From Candidatus Poribacteria bacterium (lineage in GTDB: Bacteria; Poribacteria; WGA-4E; PCPOR2b), in contig OZ242326.1 of the NCBI GenBank assembly GCA_965208325.1, positions 3,136,001 to 3,200,000 on the forward strand: 64,000 nucleotides of DNA, read 5' to 3'. The position numbers and the translations under genes were made by a program. The notes below the pieces were generated by a model. It saw nothing but the letters and a program-made list of their open reading frames with translations. It did no database searches and had not been told where the DNA came from. Positions 60,109-64,000 of this stretch are shown here, piece by piece; position 1 is the stretch's first letter, and every line of letters starts with the position of its first letter.

Positions 60109-61992
60109 ATGACGATAAGGAAATGCCACCAACCCGCAATAACGTATGATGCAAATCGTTATCTGTCAACAAGAATCGAGGCCGTCACACATTTAGTTAT
60201 TTTGTCGATTCTGATGAACTTCAGCATTTTTCCCGCAGATGCCCAAAATCAACAGGAACAGATCGTTTTTGTGTCTGAAGGGGACGACCGTGACGAAATA
60301 CATCTCAGCAAGCCCGGAGGCGGTCAAATTCAAAAACTTACTTTACAACAAAAACGCTATGCCACACCATCGTTATCGTTTGATGGAAAACGGGTCGCAT
60401 TTGCCTCGGCAGACGGTCGAAGTCGAGACTACGACATTTTTGTTATGGATATACAATCTCGAGAACAGCGTCAAGTGACATTTATAGCAAGTCGAGACCT
60501 TTATCCGTCTTGGTCGCCCGATGGAAGTCGGATTGTGTTCGCTTCGGACAGAGAAGGTGTTTTCAATCTCTACACCGTGGATGAGAATGGGGAAAACCGT
60601 ACCCGCCTGACGAATAGTTCGGGTGACGATATCCATCCTGACTGGTCTCCGGACGGGAGCAAAATCGCGTTCGCTTCCGATCAGGCAAGCGCAGTTCATC
60701 AGGTTTACTGGATGGATCCACGAACAGGGCACCAACAAAAACTGACTCAAAGCAATATAGGAATGGATTACCCGCGATGGTCGCCTGATGGGACTAAAAT
60801 AGCATTCTATTCGGCAGTTGTTGTGAAGGCATCGGGGGTCCTCAGACAAATTTGGCAAGTCAGCGCTGATGGAACCGGCTTAAAAAGTCTAATTAGAGAC
60901 GGCGAATTCAATGATGAACCCGTCCTTTCTCCCACTTTAAAGCACATCGCCTTTACATCTACTAGGGACGATAACACGGACATTTATATCTTCGATCGGG
61001 ATTCCCGGCAAATTCTGCGTCTAACTCACCACCCATCTTCAGATTCGCAGCCGAGTTGGTCGCCGGACGGTAAACACCTTGCGTTCATCTCACACAGATC
61101 GGGCAACGTTGACATTTACAGGATTAACGCCGATGGAGGCGGGCTTGTGAATCTGACTCGCAGCGATGCCGATGAATCTATGCCGGTTTGGTCTCCGAAG
61201 AAGGACATGATCTGTTTCCTGGGAAATGTAGATGGAAGGTGGGAACTTCGTGTGATGGACGGCAACGGAAAGCGTCAAAATCGGCTGGATAATAGCGTGT
61301 TTTACAGCTCACCGCCGACATGGTTGCCGCGGGGCGATAAGATTGCCTTTGTGAGTATGCCCGATCCGCTTGGTAGGGATTACCGTATCTATACGATGGA
61401 TACGGACGGGCAGAACAAGCGATTGTTGTTTAGGACAGTAGCCGGCGAAATTCGAAAAATCAGTTGGTCGGCAGATGGCGACCAATTGCTGTTTGTCCAT
61501 TACGCCAACGGGGTTCACGAAATCCGTATGCTTGATGTGATTACACGAGAGATCGACTCAATTGATTTGAAGTTGAAGGTGGTTGCGCCTGACAACGCGG
61601 CTTGGGCGCCTTTAGGCCGGACGATTGTGTTTTCAGCCTTACCAATAATAAGCCAACGGTCCACAGTACGCTATGGCATTTTCTTGATTGACGCCGACAG
61701 CGATAAACGTCAAGAAGCAGAACCTCTATTGAATACCTTCAGTCCCCAGCCGATTCGGTTCACCGACAGCAGAGCGCGTTTTTCATGGTCACCGGATGGG
61801 CAAAACTTGCTGTTTCGCCGGGGAAATTCTGAGAACCTTTACGTGACTGGATTGCGAGGGGGAGGCGTCACACGTTTTCGCAGAAATGCGCATTCACCGG
61901 ATTGGAAGACGCCTCGTGTCTGGCGGAGCGTAACTCCCAAGAACAAGCTGCAAACGACCTGGGGAGAAGTCAAAGAAATAAACCGTGAGTAA
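60109..61992 (+). CDS. TolB-like double beta-propeller (PD40 repeats) with C-terminal KLxTTWGxxK motif
   Basis: Repeated P.WSPDG.KIAF.S; ends SVTPKNKLQTTWGEVK; GAGGAGG RBS. Confidence 0.9.
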   Translation: MTIRKCHQPAITYDANRYLSTRIEAVTHLVILSILMNFSIFPADAQNQQEQIVFVSEGDDRDEIHLSKPGGGQIQKLTLQQKRYATPSLSFDGKRVAFASADGRSRDYDIFVMDIQSREQRQVTFIASRDLYPSWSPDGSRIVFASDREGVFNLYTVDENGENRTRLTNSSGDDIHPDWSPDGSKIAFASDQASAVHQVYWMDPRTGHQQKLTQSNIGMDYPRWSPDGTKIAFYSAVVVKASGVLRQIWQVSADGTGLKSLIRDGEFNDEPVLSPTLKHIAFTSTRDDNTDIYIFDRDSRQILRLTHHPSSDSQPSWSPDGKHLAFISHRSGNVDIYRINADGGGLVNLTRSDADESMPVWSPKKDMICFLGNVDGRWELRVMDGNGKRQNRLDNSVFYSSPPTWLPRGDKIAFVSMPDPLGRDYRIYTMDTDGQNKRLLFRTVAGEIRKISWSADGDQLLFVHYANGVHEIRMLDVITREIDSIDLKLKVVAPDNAAWAPLGRTIVFSALPIISQRSTVRYGIFLIDADSDKRQEAEPLLNTFSPQPIRFTDSRARFSWSPDGQNLLFRRGNSENLYVTGLRGGGVTRFRRNAHSPDWKTPRVWRSVTPKNKLQTTWGEVKEINRE

Positions 61993-62060
61993 CCTCATTA
62001 TTTTAGGCTTCATTTGCCAAATACTGCCATCACCTGTCTCGTTCGGATGAGGTAACGATT

Positions 62061-62735
62061 ATGCGAAAAAAACGCCTTCCTTTGGTGATACTACTAAGCA
62101 TAGCAGTTTCATGTATACTCTACGTTTTCATATCCAATTGGTTGGAAGAACCAGAAATCCAGATAGTATACGTGCTGCCGGATGAACCCATCAAGCCTGT
62201 CACTAAACGGCGGTCTCGGTATTATGCTGCTCATGCTCAAACCACAGGGCTAGGCGAACAACATGAGTCGATGGAAGTACAGCATGAACTACCTGATGAA
62301 ATGGAACGCGATACACGAGATTTCAACACATCGCTAGCAGAAGCAGAAAGTCACAGTCTAAATGAAGAAGGGCTTAATGAATCCGTGCAGGAAGTAGTGT
62401 CCCTTGAGGAGAGCATTGCAAAACTTAAGGAAGATAGGAAATCTGCATTGGCAACATACCAAGAAGCAGTAGATGCAATCATAAAATACGGACGCCGGGA
62501 GAACGAACTCTTGGGCGAAGACAAGTATCTAGAATTATCGGGGTACAAAGCGGATAGCCCTCAAAGAGCGGCGGTTTTGCAAGAACTTTCCGAAATTGCG
62601 TTAAAATCTGAAGAACTGGGCATGCAAAAAGAAGGAGTTAAACTAACACTCGCAGAGATTAATCAAGAACTCCCGATGCTTGAAAGCCGGCTTAAAGCGT
62701 TGCTAGCATCGGGCGTAGACAATACAGAATTCTGA
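62061..62735 (+). CDS. Membrane-anchored acidic coiled-coil hypothetical protein
   Basis: N-terminal basic residues plus TM, E-rich heptad pattern; GAGGT RBS. Confidence 0.7.
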   Translation: MRKKRLPLVILLSIAVSCILYVFISNWLEEPEIQIVYVLPDEPIKPVTKRRSRYYAAHAQTTGLGEQHESMEVQHELPDEMERDTRDFNTSLAEAESHSLNEEGLNESVQEVVSLEESIAKLKEDRKSALATYQEAVDAIIKYGRRENELLGEDKYLELSGYKADSPQRAAVLQELSEIALKSEELGMQKEGVKLTLAEINQELPMLESRLKALLASGVDNTEF

Positions 62736-62926
62736 TTCGATAGCTAATTGGTAAAAACAACACTTGGTTAAGGAGGTGATGTATTGCACTCAACAACTTG
62801 CAATGTATGCAACTGCCGATGGGATTTCCCCGCGCATTTGCATACACCTTTCCTAACGGTTGGGAAAGGAAAAACGCCCAAGCTTGTTGGGCGTGATTTC
62901 ACCTAAATTTTGGGAGGTATAGAATC

Positions 62927-63424
62927 ATGTTTGCCAAACGAATTTTGACGCAGAGTGTTGTATATTGGACGTTTCTTTTGGCTGTTTTGACAACCCTAAC
63001 CGCCTTTTCGTTAACACAGGACGCGCCGGAAAGTTCAAGCCTGATTGCTTTAGACCCGAGTGAGATGGCAACCATAGTCGGCGGCGCCGGAATCTGTAAG
63101 GAATGCGTGCGAGACGACACTATATTCCGATGTGAGGGCGGGCCGATATGGTGTGCGCCCGGCGAAGAATGCGCAAATTTCGGTCACTGCGCGGAGGCAG
63201 GTGCTAGTCCCCAAAGTGAACACGTCTACTGCTATTATCCAGAATGGACGTGCAGTGGAAATACCATCCCCGGAGCCGCTCCAATGTGTCACGAAACGAA
63301 TGATGGCGTGAGTGTGAGGATTTACAATTGTGACTGCATTAACGGCAAATGTACTACGCGTACCTCTGTCATTGCAGGCCGTACGTGCACCCAGAACGGT
63401 CCTGGTCACTGCCCGTATCTCTAA
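62927..63424 (+). CDS. Secreted cysteine-rich protein with double-glycine leader-like motif
   Basis: Hydrophobic signal, LDPSEMATIVGG, then a 112-aa core with 14 Cys; GGAGGT RBS. Confidence 0.8.
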   Translation: MFAKRILTQSVVYWTFLLAVLTTLTAFSLTQDAPESSSLIALDPSEMATIVGGAGICKECVRDDTIFRCEGGPIWCAPGEECANFGHCAEAGASPQSEHVYCYYPEWTCSGNTIPGAAPMCHETNDGVSVRIYNCDCINGKCTTRTSVIAGRTCTQNGPGHCPYL

Positions 63425-63441
63425 TGATTAACAATTTAAAT

Positions 63442-63477
63442 TGGCTACAGCCCTTAATTCATCAAGGGTTGTAGCCA
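63442..63477 (+). terminator. Stem-loop after the Cys-rich gene
   Basis: TGGCTACAGCCCTT-N8-AAGGGTTGTAGCCA (14-bp stem, one G-U pair); no strong U-tract. Confidence 0.5.
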
Positions 63478-63527
63478 CGCCAATTCCTTTATTGGACAGC
63501 GCATTTATATTAACGGACAATTTACTT

Positions 63528-63681
63528 TACCTCATTACTATTAGTGTTCGGGTTTGTGTATTGGGGCACGACTTCGATGCAGTTGGGCGGTGTGCTGCAG
63601 CGCCACCTGATGCCGGTGAAGCTAGGAACCGGGGTGTTGTTGCTTGGTTTAGGATTTTGGCTATTGCTGCGCACTGTATAA
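63528..63681 (+). pseudogene. Duplicated 3' fragment of the CcdA-fusion gene
   Basis: Encodes ...LVFGFVYWGTTSMQLGGVLQRHLMPVKLGTGVLLLGLGFWLLLRTV*, near-identical to the end of 58052-60088, with no start of its own. Confidence 0.85.
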
Positions 63682-63701
63682 CATGAGGAGGCTCGGCGAT
63701 A

Positions 63702-64000
63702 ATGACGATAAGGAAATGCCACCAACCCGCAATAACGTATGATTCGAATTGTTTTCTGTCAACAAGAATCGAGGCCGTCACGCTTTTTGTCATTTTGTCG
63801 ATTCTGATGAACTTCAGCATTTTTCCCGCAGATGCCCAAAATCTACAAGAGCAGATCGTTTTTGTGTCTGAAGGGGACGACCGTGACGAAATACATCTCA
63901 GCAAGCCCGGAGGCGGTCAAATTCAAAAACTTACTTTACAACAAAAACGTTATGCCACACCATCGTTGTCGTACGATGGAAAACGGGTCGCATTTGCATC
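63702..64000 (+). CDS. Second TolB-like propeller paralog, truncated by the window edge
   Basis: MTIRKCHQPAITYDSNCFLSTRIEAVTLFVILSILMNFSIFPADAQNLQEQIVFVSEGDD..., near-identical to 60109 onward at an offset of 3593 bp. Confidence 0.9.
   Translation, partial: MTIRKCHQPAITYDSNCFLSTRIEAVTLFVILSILMNFSIFPADAQNLQEQIVFVSEGDDRDEIHLSKPGGGQIQKLTLQQKRYATPSLSYDGKRVAFA

Noticed and set aside
60109..61992. Housekeeping tolB of the Tol-Pal system
   Set aside because: No tolQRA or pal nearby, no TolB N-terminal domain recognised, two propellers, and the gene is duplicated in a cassette.

Overview
Bacterial chromosomal window, probably Candidatus Poribacteria (inferred only from the C-terminal KLxTTWGxxK motif on the TolB-like protein). 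Four parts. (1) About 1.0-20.75 kb is an accessory island bracketed by a composite REP-like direct repeat. It carries an intact but orphan phage terminase pair (TerS/TerL, with no portal, capsid or integrase), an HTH gene, a complete type II Zorya system (zorA-zorB-zorE), a type III-like Res/Mod pair and several uncharacterised genes. (2) About 21-38 kb is mostly core-like: an acyl-CoA ligase, pepP, a class A PBP and uvrB. It also has a cold-shock domain fused to tandem Hfq/Sm-like domains, and a tandem triplication of a 7Fe ferredoxin whose copies differ inside the cluster-binding motif. (3) About 38.7-48 kb is a co-oriented run of an M16 peptidase pair, MlaE/F/D, a serine palmitoyltransferase-like enzyme and a bacterial ceramide synthase-like GNAT, i.e. 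a candidate sphingolipid synthesis and export locus. (4) About 54.6-64 kb has a PAS kinase and sigma54 activator followed by a clear -24/-12 promoter. Downstream lie a thioredoxin/CcdA fusion, a TolB-like propeller, a coiled-coil protein and a 14-Cys secreted protein with a double-glycine leader motif; the cassette then begins to repeat at a 3593-bp period. No tRNA, rRNA, CRISPR array, integrase, transposase or reverse transcriptase was recognised. All family calls come from motif reading by eye, not from database searches.
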